From NCBI GenBank assembly GCA_051003155.1, contig JBPCLO010000050.1, forward strand, positions 1 to 43,302: a stretch of 43,302 nucleotides of DNA. Reading direction: 5' to 3'. The DNA comes from Fimbriimonadales bacterium. Lineage in GTDB: Bacteria > Armatimonadota > Fimbriimonadia > Fimbriimonadales > ATM1. Shown piece after piece: positions 18,772 through 28,596 of this stretch (positions within the stretch are counted from its first letter, which is position 1; each line of letters opens with the position of its first letter). Position numbers and translations under genes: made by a program. Below the pieces are notes generated by a model. It was not told where the DNA came from and ran no database searches. It saw nothing but the letters and a program-made list of their open reading frames with translations.

Positions 18772-21396
18772 CTATCGCTTCTTACGGCGCTTGGTTTGCG
18801 AGTACTGGCCCTTCGCGGGGGCGCCGTCGTCGGGGGTCCAGACCGTCTCATCGCGAATTACCGGCTCAGGCTCGCGAAGCTTCTTGTCGTGCATGATCGT
18901 GGCTCCGGCACCTTTGCGCTTGCCTACCCAGCGCTCCCAAAGCACGAGGATCGGGGCGGCGTTGAAGATTGAGGAATAGGTTCCCGACAGGATGCCGATC
19001 AGCATCGCCGCGCTGAAGTGCTTTAGGTCGGGTGTGGCGCTTCCCATGAAGACAAGGATCGCAAGCGTTACGATAACAGTTCCGCTCGTGTTGAGCGAAC
19101 GCGCGAAGCTTTGCGTGATCGAGCGGTCCACGAGGTGATCGAACGACTCACCTGCCAAGGGCCGCCTCAGGTTTTCTCGAATTCGGTCGAAGATAACGAT
19201 CGTATCGTGAACCGAGAAGCCGATAACCGTCAGCATCGCCGTGATCGTCAGCTGACTGACCTCCCAATTCAGGAAGTAGCCCGCGATCGCCGAAAGGCCG
19301 AGAATTACGACGACGTCGTGAAGCATCGCGATAATGGCGCTCAGGCCGAAGCGTAGGCCCACGGCAAACCCACCAAGGGCGAGGCCGAAGCGGATCGCCA
19401 AATAGAGGACGATGAGCACCGACGACACGATGACGCCGATAACCGCGCCGCGAATCGTCTCCGCGCGGACGGCGGGACCGGTGGACTCGAATGAGACTTC
19501 GTCTTTGATTCCGCCCGACGTCTTGGTTCCATCGGGGTTCAATTTCTCGATCGGTGACGTATCACCGCCTACAGCCGCGACGATCCGCTTGCCGAGGTCT
19601 TGCCGAAGGGTTGCGAGTGAGCCACCGCCTTCGCCGCCCTGAGGATTCTCGCTAAGCTTGAAGTATCGTTCGACGTCGGGATTCTGGGCCGGGGGGATCG
19701 TGATATAGGCGAGCGGGCGGTCGCTTCCGCGCTCCGGATCGCCGATCTTAGCGTTCGCTCCGTGAAATCCGGCTTTCTCGATCATTCCGGAAACCGCGGC
19801 CGACGTCGCCGGCGTACTCTCCGGAAGGCGCACAACCGACTCGATGCCGCCGAGAAACTCGACGTTCGGCTTGAGGCCGCCCATTCCCATAAAGATCAGG
19901 CCCGGAATGATGATAAGTAACGATATGATGAAATACCGCCGCATATTTTTTACGATCTGGAGCGGGTTCGTGTCGGCGTTGGCCTCCAAGCGTTCGCCGA
20001 ACCAGCCGCGCTCCGTTCCGTACAGCTTGGGATTCTTTCCGATCCCGCTCGACACGAAGAAAAGCAATAACGTTCGGGTGACGGTAACAGCGGTGAACAA
20101 GCTGATGAATACGCCGATCATCAGCGTGGTGGCGAAGCCCTTGACCGGCCCTGTGCCGATATTGATGAGGACCAACGACGTAATCACGGTACACGCGTTC
20201 GAGTCGAGGATCGCCGGGAACGCGCGTTTAAACCCGAGGTCGATTGCGGTCATGAGCGTGCGCCCCATGCGCAATTCTTCCTTCAAGCGCTCGAATATTA
20301 AGATGTTCGCATCGACCGCCATGCCCACCGACAAGATGAATCCGGCGATCGCAGCGAGCGAGAACGTCACTCCGATCCATTTGAAGACCGCGTATGAAAG
20401 CGAAATATAAGCGAGGAGCGCGAGCAGAGCCACGAACCCCGGAAACATGTAGTAGACCAAGAGGAACGCCGCGATCACGCCGAACGAGATGAAGCCCGCG
20501 ACGATCATCTGCGACAACGCCTGACGTCCGATCGACGGGGCGATCTTGGTGAAGTTTTGCTCCTTGAGGTCCACGGGTAGAGCACCTGCGTTCAGAAGCC
20601 CCGCGAGCTGTTTGGCCTCGGTCGGCGTGAACCGTCCGTCAAGGACCGCTCCGCCCTGGAAGCTGGTCACTCCTTCTCTAATATAGGAGTATGAGATTAC
20701 TTGCCGGTCGAGGACAGCCACGAGCGACTCACGGCGATTAATGTGAGACCGGGCGAATTCCGTAAGGTCATCCTCGCCCGCCTTGTTGAAGGACAAATTG
20801 AGATTGTAGGTCGTCCCGTTTGGATCGAGCTTCTCCACGGCGGACCTTAGGTTCTCTCCCTCCGTGATCAGCATCCATCGGTCGAACATTCGATCGTACT
20901 CGGGGCTGCCTAGCCTGAGATATTCCTCGTCGGACTGCCCTCGGCGCTTGAATCGATCGACCTTTTTCCCGTTGGGCGTGTCGGCCTCGAAGTGCTCATA
21001 CGGCCTGGCAGGATCGAGATCGGTCTTAACGTTCTTAGCCCAGTAGTATTGCAACCGAGCGGAGGTGGTGATAATCTCTCGAGCCTCCACTTCATTGGTC
21101 AGACCGGGAAGTTCGACTACGAAGCGGTCGTCACCCTTGCGATAAACGCTGGCCTCCGCGACTCCGAGGCTCTGAGCGGCGCGGTTCTCGAGAATCCCAA
21201 CCGTCTGGAGCGCCTTCCGATTCCATGTCTCTCCCGACCTATCCGCAGGCGCAAGCTTGCTCTTGTCGGCCAAAATGGTGAACCGAATGCCGCCGTCTAC
21301 GTCCAGGCCAAGCCTGGGCTTTACGGTCAGATTGACCCAAATCGACAGACCTACAAGGACGACCGTAACAAGAATGAACCAGATACCGCGTTGCAA
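18772..21396 (-). CDS. secDF: Fused protein translocase subunit SecDF
   Basis: LGLDVDGG, GMAVDANILIFER (SecD half) and GFSVHDTIVIFDRIRE (SecF half). Confidence 0.96.
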   Translation of the reverse strand: MQRGIWFILVTVVLVGLSIWVNLTVKPRLGLDVDGGIRFTILADKSKLAPADRSGETWNRKALQTVGILENRAAQSLGVAEASVYRKGDDRFVVELPGLTNEVEAREIITTSARLQYYWAKNVKTDLDPARPYEHFEADTPNGKKVDRFKRRGQSDEEYLRLGSPEYDRMFDRWMLITEGENLRSAVEKLDPNGTTYNLNLSFNKAGEDDLTEFARSHINRRESLVAVLDRQVISYSYIREGVTSFQGGAVLDGRFTPTEAKQLAGLLNAGALPVDLKEQNFTKIAPSIGRQALSQMIVAGFISFGVIAAFLLVYYMFPGFVALLALLAYISLSYAVFKWIGVTFSLAAIAGFILSVGMAVDANILIFERLKEELRMGRTLMTAIDLGFKRAFPAILDSNACTVITSLVLINIGTGPVKGFATTLMIGVFISLFTAVTVTRTLLLFFVSSGIGKNPKLYGTERGWFGERLEANADTNPLQIVKNMRRYFIISLLIIIPGLIFMGMGGLKPNVEFLGGIESVVRLPESTPATSAAVSGMIEKAGFHGANAKIGDPERGSDRPLAYITIPPAQNPDVERYFKLSENPQGGEGGGSLATLRQDLGKRIVAAVGGDTSPIEKLNPDGTKTSGGIKDEVSFESTGPAVRAETIRGAVIGVIVSSVLIVLYLAIRFGLALGGFAVGLRFGLSAIIAMLHDVVVILGLSAIAGYFLNWEVSQLTITAMLTVIGFSVHDTIVIFDRIRENLRRPLAGESFDHLVDRSITQSFARSLNTSGTVIVTLAILVFMGSATPDLKHFSAAMLIGILSGTYSSIFNAAPILVLWERWVGKRKGAGATIMHDKKLREPEPVIRDETVWTPDDGAPAKGQYSQTKRRKKR

Positions 21397-21482
21397 GTGA
21401 GAAATCCTCCGGCTTAACGCGCCATTGCGCGAAGCGCGGGAAATTATACTCGGTTGGCGTCCGTCCTATCTTACGCTCACCC

Positions 21483-22343
21483 ATGACTATCGACGAAGCC
21501 GTCCAGCGATTCCTCGACCACTTTCGCGCCGGCCGCTCGGCGCATACGGTGCGAAGCTATGGCTCCGATCTGGCTCAGCTTGCGAAAACGTGCGAGGAGC
21601 GCGGCAAAGCGGAAGCGGCGTCCATCGATGGCGAAGACATCCGCGCTTTCCTTCGCGCCTATGGAAAGAAGCCCGTCACCCGCGCCCGGAAAACCTGCTC
21701 TGCCCGCTCATTTACCAAGTTCCTCGCCGAAATCGGCGCGATCGAGAAAGACCCCGCAATCGGAATGGGCTCACCGATCAACCGACGGACCCTTCCCAAG
21801 GACATAGCGCCTGAGCAGGCCTTTGAACTGCTCATGGCCGAGATCGGCAAGACACCGCTGCGCGATAGGACGATCCTCGAACTGCTGTACGGCGCGGGGC
21901 TGCGCGCATCCGAGCTCGTCTCCATCGACCTGAACGACATAAATCGTGATCGGACGCTCCGCGTGCGCGGCAAAGGCAACAAAGATCGAATCGTCGTCTA
22001 TGGCGAGCTTTGCGACGAAGCCATCCGACGCTACATCGACGACGAACGGGTCGGTGACGGGCCGGCGCTCTTTACCAACGACAAAGGCACGCGCCTCAGC
22101 CCGCGGACGCTCCAGCGAATCGTCGAGCGACGCCGGTCGCTGGTCGGCTTATCGCCGGACGTGTCTCCCCACTCGCTCCGCCACAGCTTCGCAACCCACC
22201 TTCTAAACGGCGGCGCCGATCTGAAGACCGTGCAGCAGCTGCTTGGCCATGAAAGCCTCGCTACGACGCAGATCTACACGCACGTTTCGATCGAGCGGTT
22301 GCGCGAGGTGGTTGCCAAGCGCCACCCTAGAGGCAGGGCCTAG
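21483..22343 (+). CDS. xerC: XerC/XerD-type chromosomal tyrosine recombinase
   Basis: LYGAGLRASEL, GKGNK, HSLRHSFATHLL and LLGHESLATTQIY. Confidence 0.88.
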   Translation: MTIDEAVQRFLDHFRAGRSAHTVRSYGSDLAQLAKTCEERGKAEAASIDGEDIRAFLRAYGKKPVTRARKTCSARSFTKFLAEIGAIEKDPAIGMGSPINRRTLPKDIAPEQAFELLMAEIGKTPLRDRTILELLYGAGLRASELVSIDLNDINRDRTLRVRGKGNKDRIVVYGELCDEAIRRYIDDERVGDGPALFTNDKGTRLSPRTLQRIVERRRSLVGLSPDVSPHSLRHSFATHLLNGGADLKTVQQLLGHESLATTQIYTHVSIERLREVVAKRHPRGRA

Positions 22344-22403
22344 ACACGGTTCGTGTGATAATATGAGCAAGCCGGTAATGCCGGGCGCCAGGGAGGGCGG
22401 CCT

Positions 22404-22595
22404 ATGCTTGTTCTAACCAGAAAAGTACATCAGAGCATCATGATCGGGGACGACATCGAAATCGTCGTCCTCGAGGTACGAGGCGAGCAAGTTCGCATCG
22501 GCATTAAGGCCCCCAAAGACGTTGCGGTCCACCGGCAAGAGATTTATTCGATCATCAAGACCGAAGGCGCTGACGAGAAAAAGCCGAAGCCGTGA
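22404..22595 (+). CDS. csrA: Carbon storage regulator
   Basis: MLVLTRK...[27 protein letters not shown]. Confidence 0.96.
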   Translation: MLVLTRKVHQSIMIGDDIEIVVLEVRGEQVRIGIKAPKDVAVHRQEIYSIIKTEGADEKKPKP

Positions 22596-22659
22596 ACCTC
22601 ACCGTGCCCCTTGTGGGAGAGGCCGGTGAGCTATTGAACCGGCTGATGGGCCGCGGAAG

Positions 22660-23592
22660 CTAAGGATTAACCGTAACGTTGATCGTTCCGACCCACGGCT
22701 GCTTTAGGCCGTAGATATCCCGGATCGTCAACGTCACCTTGTACTCGCCAGGAATGCGGAACTTGTGGCGAATGGCCGCGCCCATTGACTCCGCCTGCAG
22801 GCCGTCCTTGTCGCTGAAATCCCAGATGTACTCGAGCGGAGAGGACCCCGCCTCCGCTGAGCCGGACAGCACTACCTCGGTTCCCCGGCCGATGTTCATG
22901 TCCTGGCTGGTGATATAGCCCTGGATTGGTGTGGTGTCGTCTGCGACCGCTATCTCGCCCACATAAAAGAACGCGGGTGCGTCGCCGGCCACCGCGATCG
23001 AAGAAATCTGCTTGTTGGTCTTGGAGAAGCCCGGGATCATCGAAACAGGGACGCCGACCTTGACCCATTTGCCCGCACCGGAAACCGGCAGGATCGCCTC
23101 GGAGAGCATGCCGTCGCTGGTCTTGATCACCATGCGGACCCGGGACATATGCACGGTCGCTGTGGCCGATGAACCTCCACCCCCGCCAACGGGCGCGCCA
23201 CCACCGACGGCCATGCCACCGCCGCCCCGGGTGCCGCCGCCTTCACCACCGACCGGGCCAACGGGCCCGCGGACACCGCCACCACCACCGCCCGCTCCCT
23301 TGAAATCGACAACCCAGATTCCGATCGTCAGCATCGAGTTCTTGTTCCCAGCGACGGCGGAGAGGTTCAATGGCGAGGCCGTAGAGATCAGTCCGCCCTG
23401 GAAAAGGTTGCCGGTTTCGACCCTCAAAGCATTGCCTCCGGCCAAGGAGCTCTCTTTCGATTCGATGATCTTGCCGCCTCCCCAAGACGACAGTGTGACG
23501 CCGGTCGTCGCTATCGGCTGCCCGTTGTAGAAGCTCTGCGCGGAAAGGCCCGCGGCGGCTGCGAAAGTCAATACGGCTGCAAACTGTTTCAT
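22660..23592 (-). CDS. Secreted protein with a Gly-rich insert and C-terminal PKD domain
   Basis: Signal peptide; YIWDF...HKFRIPGEYKVTLTI PKD motif; GGAGG RBS. Confidence 0.8.
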   Translation of the reverse strand: MKQFAAVLTFAAAAGLSAQSFYNGQPIATTGVTLSSWGGGKIIESKESSLAGGNALRVETGNLFQGGLISTASPLNLSAVAGNKNSMLTIGIWVVDFKGAGGGGGGVRGPVGPVGGEGGGTRGGGGMAVGGGAPVGGGGGSSATATVHMSRVRMVIKTSDGMLSEAILPVSGAGKWVKVGVPVSMIPGFSKTNKQISSIAVAGDAPAFFYVGEIAVADDTTPIQGYITSQDMNIGRGTEVVLSGSAEAGSSPLEYIWDFSDKDGLQAESMGAAIRHKFRIPGEYKVTLTIRDIYGLKQPWVGTINVTVNP

Positions 23593-23610
23593 CAATTTCC
23601 TCCAAGACCG

Positions 23611-24387
23611 TCAGTGGATGTCTCGAATCAAGACGCGCTTTATCGATTTGGCACGGCCGGTATCAGATTGGACGTCTATCACCACCCCACAGATTACACT
23701 AGCGCCGCTCGCAACCTCAAACTTCTCAGGCATCAAGGTCGTAAATCGGCGAACAATGATCTCGCGGTCCATTCCGATTACGGAGTTCTGCGGCCCGCAC
23801 ATTCCCACGTCGCTTATAAAGGCGGTCCCCTTCCCCAGGATTCGTTCGTCTGCCGTCTGCACGTGCGTGTGGGTGCCCAGAACCGCGCTAACGCGACCCT
23901 CGACGTAGTAGGCGAACGCCATTTTCTCCGACGTGGCCTCGGCATGGAAGTCGATGAGCTTGCAATCTGCGTCACTCCCTTGTATGAATTTGTCGGCTGC
24001 CCGAAACGGATCGTCGTACTCCGACATGAACACCCGCCCGCACAGGTTGGCCACGGCCAGCTTCAATCCGTTCTTCTCCAGAGTCATCGACCCCTTGCCG
24101 GCGGTTCCGGGTGGGTAGTTGACAGGCCGGATGATGTTTTCATGCACGTCGAGGTATGTGCCGATCTCGCGCCTGTGGAACGCGTGGTTCCCGAGTGTGA
24201 TTCCGTCGATTCCCGCGCGAAAAAGCTTGTCCGCGATGTCGGAAGTGATTCCTAGACCTGCCGCCGAGTTCTCGCCGTTCGCTAGAACGAAGTCGGGCTT
24301 GTGCTCCTCGACGAGGGACGGCAGCATGGCTTCCACCGCCACCCGCCCCGCCTTCCCCACGATATCTCCCAAGAACAGAATCCTCAT
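23611..24387 (-). CDS. ymdB: YmdB-family metallophosphodiesterase
   Basis: GDIVG, NGEN, GNH, DFHAEATSEK, GTHTH and DVGM. Confidence 0.93.
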   Translation of the reverse strand: MRILFLGDIVGKAGRVAVEAMLPSLVEEHKPDFVLANGENSAAGLGITSDIADKLFRAGIDGITLGNHAFHRREIGTYLDVHENIIRPVNYPPGTAGKGSMTLEKNGLKLAVANLCGRVFMSEYDDPFRAADKFIQGSDADCKLIDFHAEATSEKMAFAYYVEGRVSAVLGTHTHVQTADERILGKGTAFISDVGMCGPQNSVIGMDREIIVRRFTTLMPEKFEVASGASVICGVVIDVQSDTGRAKSIKRVLIRDIH

Positions 24388-24479
24388 GCCCGCGAAAGCG
24401 TACCCGGGGCAGGTGGCCCCGACCTATAAGTCTTATCCGTCACTAGGTCCTGGGAAGTGGCACTCGGCAATAATCGGCG

Positions 24480-24904
24480 GTGGAAACAATCTTGTTCGGC
24501 GAATACGCCATCTATTGCGACCCGGGGCGGATCGACTTGGATGCGGTCGAGGCGCTACTGCGCCAGACTTATTGGGCCAAGGAGCGGCCCCGCGAGGTTA
24601 TCGAGAAGTCGCTTCGGAACAGCATCATTTTCGGCGTATTCCTGCATGGCGAACAGGTGGCAGTAGCGAGAGTTGTAACCGATTGCGCGACGTTCGGCTG
24701 GGTCTGCGACCTAGTGGTCGACCCGGATCACCGATGCAAGGGACTGTCCAAAGCCCTCATGGACGCGATCCTTGCGCATCCGGAGCTAAGGCGATGCACC
24801 GATTGATCTTCGCAACGAAAGACGCCACAAGCCTCTATTCTCGCTGTGGATTCAAGGCGCTTGCGGGCGACGTTACCTGGATGGAACTCCGGCAAGACTT
24901 GTAG
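24480..24904 (+). pseudogene. GNAT acetyltransferase with a one-base frameshift near 24788
   Basis: First frame gives ARVVTD...DLVVDPDHRCKGL...HPEL; the family tail (HRLIFATKDATSLYSRCGF) continues in another frame to TAG at 24904. Confidence 0.8.
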
Positions 24905-24994
24905 CCGTGCCCACGTACGGTGCGTCTAAACTCTTTGACAAAGCCGAAACACCAAGGCTATACTCAAATCGAAACTCCTTGGAGAAGAGAACCC

Positions 24995-26548
24995 ATGTTG
25001 TCAAAGAATTTTCTCGCTTCGACCCTAGCCTTCGCAACCGCGGCGGGCGCGCTCGCAATCGACGGTCCCTTGCCCCTCTCTTGGCGCTGGTTTGCCAAGA
25101 CTAGTTATGCCCCCAACACGCAGCCCGCGCTTAGCGACGGCTTTGTGTTTATCGCTGTCGGAAGGCGCGTATATGGCCTCGACGCGATGACCGGGAACCC
25201 AAAATGGATGTTCCCTGCTGGTGAGGAAGCGAGCGGCGACTTCAGCACGTCCCCGGCCGTGGTCGGGGACGCCGTAATCGCTGGCAACACGAACCACTTC
25301 GTATACGCCATCAACAAGGGCACCGGCGCGACGCTGTGGTCATTCAATTTGGGCACTACGAACGCGCGCAACGTGGTGGCCGGAGATAACGCCTTGTACG
25401 TTTTCACTGGCGACGATCGAATCGTCGCGCTCGACCCTGCCAATGGCGCAAAGACTTGGAGCGCAGACTACCAAATCGAAGGCAACGCGGTGGGCGACCC
25501 GCTGTACGTTGGCGGACGGCTGATTTACTTCACGTCGAGCGGCAAGCTCACCGGGCTCAACGTCGCGAAGTCTAAGCCGGACTGGCAGGTCGCGGTCCAA
25601 AGCGCCAATATCGACGGCGGGCCGATTTCTTTCGGGCAGTCCGTTTATGTGATCTCTGGCTCGCAGGTGGCGCAGATCAATCCGCTGACCGGCCGTACAG
25701 GTTGGGTCGCGAAGTTCCCCGCGCGTCTCGCTGCAGGCGCAGCGGTTTCGGAAAAGGGTGGAGCTGTCGCGACGGAAGATGGCGACGTCTATACGTTCGA
25801 TCTGACAGGGCGCAATGTCAGCAAGGAGCCGGTAAAACTGAACGGATATATCGCCGGAAGTCCGCAGGCGGCCGGCAACGGCATTTTTGTCCGAATGCGC
25901 GGCGGTTCGCTAGTGCTGATCGACCCCAGCCGCAAGGACAACAAGGTGATCTGGGAGTACACGACTTCGGCGCTCTCAGGCGCAGCGCGTAAGACCACCG
26001 GCGCCGACGGCAAAACCGGCGAGACTATCGATTACGTTTCGATTCTCGGCCCACTGGCGATGTCGGATAAGTCCGTCTACGGGCTCGCCGAGGACGGTAG
26101 CCTGTTCGCTTGGGGCGGAGCCTTCGGCGTGGACGAAATCGGACCGACGATCAAAATGCTGAACCCGCCGATGGGCGCGACCCTTTGGGGACAACCGGAC
26201 ACCGACTTTTACTTCAAGCTCGATGACCCGCAGACCGGAATAATGTCGAAGAGCATCCACATAACGATGAACGGCGAAGAGATGAAGCACGACTTCAAGC
26301 AAGGCAGTGGCTACTTGTTCGCGCGAATCCGACAACCGGGCAGTACCGAGCCTGGAGCGAACGCCCCACTAAACGACGGCCGAAAGACCATCGTGGTGAC
26401 TGTAAGCGACTGGGCAGGCAACGTGACCGAGAAAACGTTTACTGTAACTATCGACAACACCGTCTTCGACAAACCACCCGCTCCCCCGACGAGCGGGGGC
26501 GGTGTCGGGCCTGCTCGAGGTGGTGGTGGCCGAGGTGGCGGCAACTGA
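24995..26548 (+). CDS. Secreted PQQ-like (BamB-type) beta-propeller protein with an Ig-like C-terminal domain
   Basis: Signal peptide from ATG 24995; repeated ALDxxTGxxxW motifs; VSDWAGN; Gly/Arg-rich tail. Confidence 0.85.
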   Translation: MLSKNFLASTLAFATAAGALAIDGPLPLSWRWFAKTSYAPNTQPALSDGFVFIAVGRRVYGLDAMTGNPKWMFPAGEEASGDFSTSPAVVGDAVIAGNTNHFVYAINKGTGATLWSFNLGTTNARNVVAGDNALYVFTGDDRIVALDPANGAKTWSADYQIEGNAVGDPLYVGGRLIYFTSSGKLTGLNVAKSKPDWQVAVQSANIDGGPISFGQSVYVISGSQVAQINPLTGRTGWVAKFPARLAAGAAVSEKGGAVATEDGDVYTFDLTGRNVSKEPVKLNGYIAGSPQAAGNGIFVRMRGGSLVLIDPSRKDNKVIWEYTTSALSGAARKTTGADGKTGETIDYVSILGPLAMSDKSVYGLAEDGSLFAWGGAFGVDEIGPTIKMLNPPMGATLWGQPDTDFYFKLDDPQTGIMSKSIHITMNGEEMKHDFKQGSGYLFARIRQPGSTEPGANAPLNDGRKTIVVTVSDWAGNVTEKTFTVTIDNTVFDKPPAPPTSGGGVGPARGGGGRGGGN

Positions 26549-26554
26549 CGCTCG

Positions 26555-27589
26555 ATGCGCAAACCGGACTTTTGGCAGGCTCTGCTGAGCCTAGACCTGT
26601 CCGCAGAGAAGTCCCGAGAGCTATTGGATCGCCTCGGGCCTTCTTGCATTACGGCCCACGACCTTTTGGCGTCGCCGGCACTCTCGGGCTCTGATAGGAA
26701 GAAGCTATCGGAGCAAAAGTCTCTCAGCGCGCAGCAAGCAAGCTTGCTCAATCCAATTTCGATCGAAGAGGCTGCGTTCCCTGAGAACCTTCGCGCGACA
26801 CAAAACCCGCCGGTAGCGCTTGTAGTGGCGGGTGAGCTATTACCCTCCGACACGGTCGCCGTTGCGATCGTGGGGACGAGGAAGGCGTCCGGTTACGGCC
26901 GGTCCATTGCGCGAAAGCTCGCTTCAGAACTCGCCAAGAGCGGCATCACAATTGTCAGTGGCGCGGCGTTCGGAATCGACGCGGAGGCACACAAGGGCGC
27001 GCTCGAGGCTGGCGGGCGGACGATCGCCGTCATGGGGTCTGGGCTCGACAAACCGTACCCGGCCTCGCACCGTGGTCTGTTGAACCAGATCGCGAGGAGC
27101 GGCGCGGTCGTCACCCAGTTTGCGCTCGGCACAAAACCCGATTGGTACCGGTTTCCCAATCGCAACTACCTGATCGCCGGCTTATCCCGCGCCGTGATCG
27201 TGGTCGAGGCCCCTGAAAAGAGCGGTGCACTTTTGACCGCCAACTTGGCAGGCGAGGAAGGCAGGCATGTATTTGTAACCCCTGCTCAAATGGGCAACGC
27301 GGCCTATCTCGGCGGATTTAGGCTGATCAACGACGGCGCGACGCTCCTATACTCAGTGGACCAGGTCTTCGAGGCGCTCGGAGTGGAACGCGTGGCCGAA
27401 CCGAAGAAGGCGGCGCGGCTTTCGCTTACCCAAAGGCTCATTTTGGAAAAGCTCACTGCCGAGCCCGAACTCGCCGACAACCTGAGCGAGCGGCTCGATC
27501 AGCCTGCAGGCATAATCCTTGCTGAACTGACCGGTCTCGAGATCGAAGGGCTCGTGGCGAAGTCCGGCGGCGGGTATGTGAAAGTTTGA
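26555..27589 (+). CDS. dprA: DNA-processing protein DprA
   Basis: AIVGTR, VSGAAFGID, FPNRNYLIAGLS, VEAPEKSGAL and a C-terminal winged helix. Confidence 0.95.
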   Translation: MRKPDFWQALLSLDLSAEKSRELLDRLGPSCITAHDLLASPALSGSDRKKLSEQKSLSAQQASLLNPISIEEAAFPENLRATQNPPVALVVAGELLPSDTVAVAIVGTRKASGYGRSIARKLASELAKSGITIVSGAAFGIDAEAHKGALEAGGRTIAVMGSGLDKPYPASHRGLLNQIARSGAVVTQFALGTKPDWYRFPNRNYLIAGLSRAVIVVEAPEKSGALLTANLAGEEGRHVFVTPAQMGNAAYLGGFRLINDGATLLYSVDQVFEALGVERVAEPKKAARLSLTQRLILEKLTAEPELADNLSERLDQPAGIILAELTGLEIEGLVAKSGGGYVKV

Positions 27590-28596
27590 AGCGGCTGGTC
27601 GTCGACTTCGAGCAGCGCGCTTTCTCGTGGACCGGCGAAGGGGACACGTTGGTTCCGGGGCTCGTCGACATCCATTGCCATGGCGTAGACGGCTTCGACG
27701 TGATGGGTGGAGAGGCTCGCGAAGTCGGAGATGCGCTGAGGTCGAGGGGAATCGAATGGTACTGCCTGACGACTGTCACCGCCTCGTGGGAGGACATTCG
27801 CAGGGCCCTCGAAGCGATCGGCGCGGGATTTCCGGGGTTCGCGGGGGTGCACTTGGAGGGGCCCTTCATCAATCCCAAGAGGGCCGGTGCCCAGCCCGAA
27901 CAACACGTTTCCGCGCCCGATTGCGATTTGCTTGAGAGGCAAATTGGCGAGCACCTTTCCCTTCTGAAGATTGTGACCCTTGCGCCCGAGATGCAAGGGG
28001 CCCTTCCCCTCGTCCGCGAACTCGTTTCGCGAGGCATTATCGTAAGCGCAGGGCATACCGACGCCACGTTCGCCCAGATGGAGGATGGCTTCGCCAACGG
28101 CGTCACGAACCTAACCCACTTCTACAACGCCATGCGCCCGTTTTCGCACAGAGACCCAGGAGCGGTCGGATACGGCCTCACGCGCTCGGCCAACTGCGAG
28201 CTCATTTACGACAGCGTCCACGTCTCAAAAGAGGCGGCAGAGCTGCTTCTCCTATGCCGAGGGCCATTCGAGGTAATCGGAATCAGTGACGGCACGATGC
28301 TCAGCGGCAAGTCCGATGGCGCGAAAGCGCGCATGTGGGGACATGACGTCGAAAAGATCGACGCGTGCGCGAGGCTCGCGGACGGCACGCTTGCGGGGAG
28401 CGCGGCAACACTTCTTGATGTGTTTACCAACCTTTGGCAAGACTTCGGGCCCGAAACCGCGATCATGGCCTGCTCCGAGAATCCACGCAGGCTCCTCGGG
28501 CTAGCGGAACCGGAGATGTGGCTTCGTGTCGCAGCCGACGGGCAAGTCACCGATATCTTGGAAGGTAAGCTCTCGCGCGTTGGATCAAGAAGTTGA
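27586..28596 (+). CDS. nagA: N-acetylglucosamine-6-phosphate deacetylase
   Basis: PGLVDIHCHG, HLEGPF, TLAPE, AGHTDA, THFYNAM and GTLAGS. Confidence 0.92.
   Translation: MKRLVVDFEQRAFSWTGEGDTLVPGLVDIHCHGVDGFDVMGGEAREVGDALRSRGIEWYCLTTVTASWEDIRRALEAIGAGFPGFAGVHLEGPFINPKRAGAQPEQHVSAPDCDLLERQIGEHLSLLKIVTLAPEMQGALPLVRELVSRGIIVSAGHTDATFAQMEDGFANGVTNLTHFYNAMRPFSHRDPGAVGYGLTRSANCELIYDSVHVSKEAAELLLLCRGPFEVIGISDGTMLSGKSDGAKARMWGHDVEKIDACARLADGTLAGSAATLLDVFTNLWQDFGPETAIMACSENPRRLLGLAEPEMWLRVAADGQVTDILEGKLSRVGSRS

Noticed and set aside
21483..22343. xerC as the integrase of the tRNA-Thr island
   Set aside because: It has chromosomal XerC/D motifs, no arm-binding extension, and sits among core genes 10 kb away.
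24804..24806. GNAT TGA as a readthrough codon
   Set aside because: The conserved tail continues in a different frame, so this is a frameshift.
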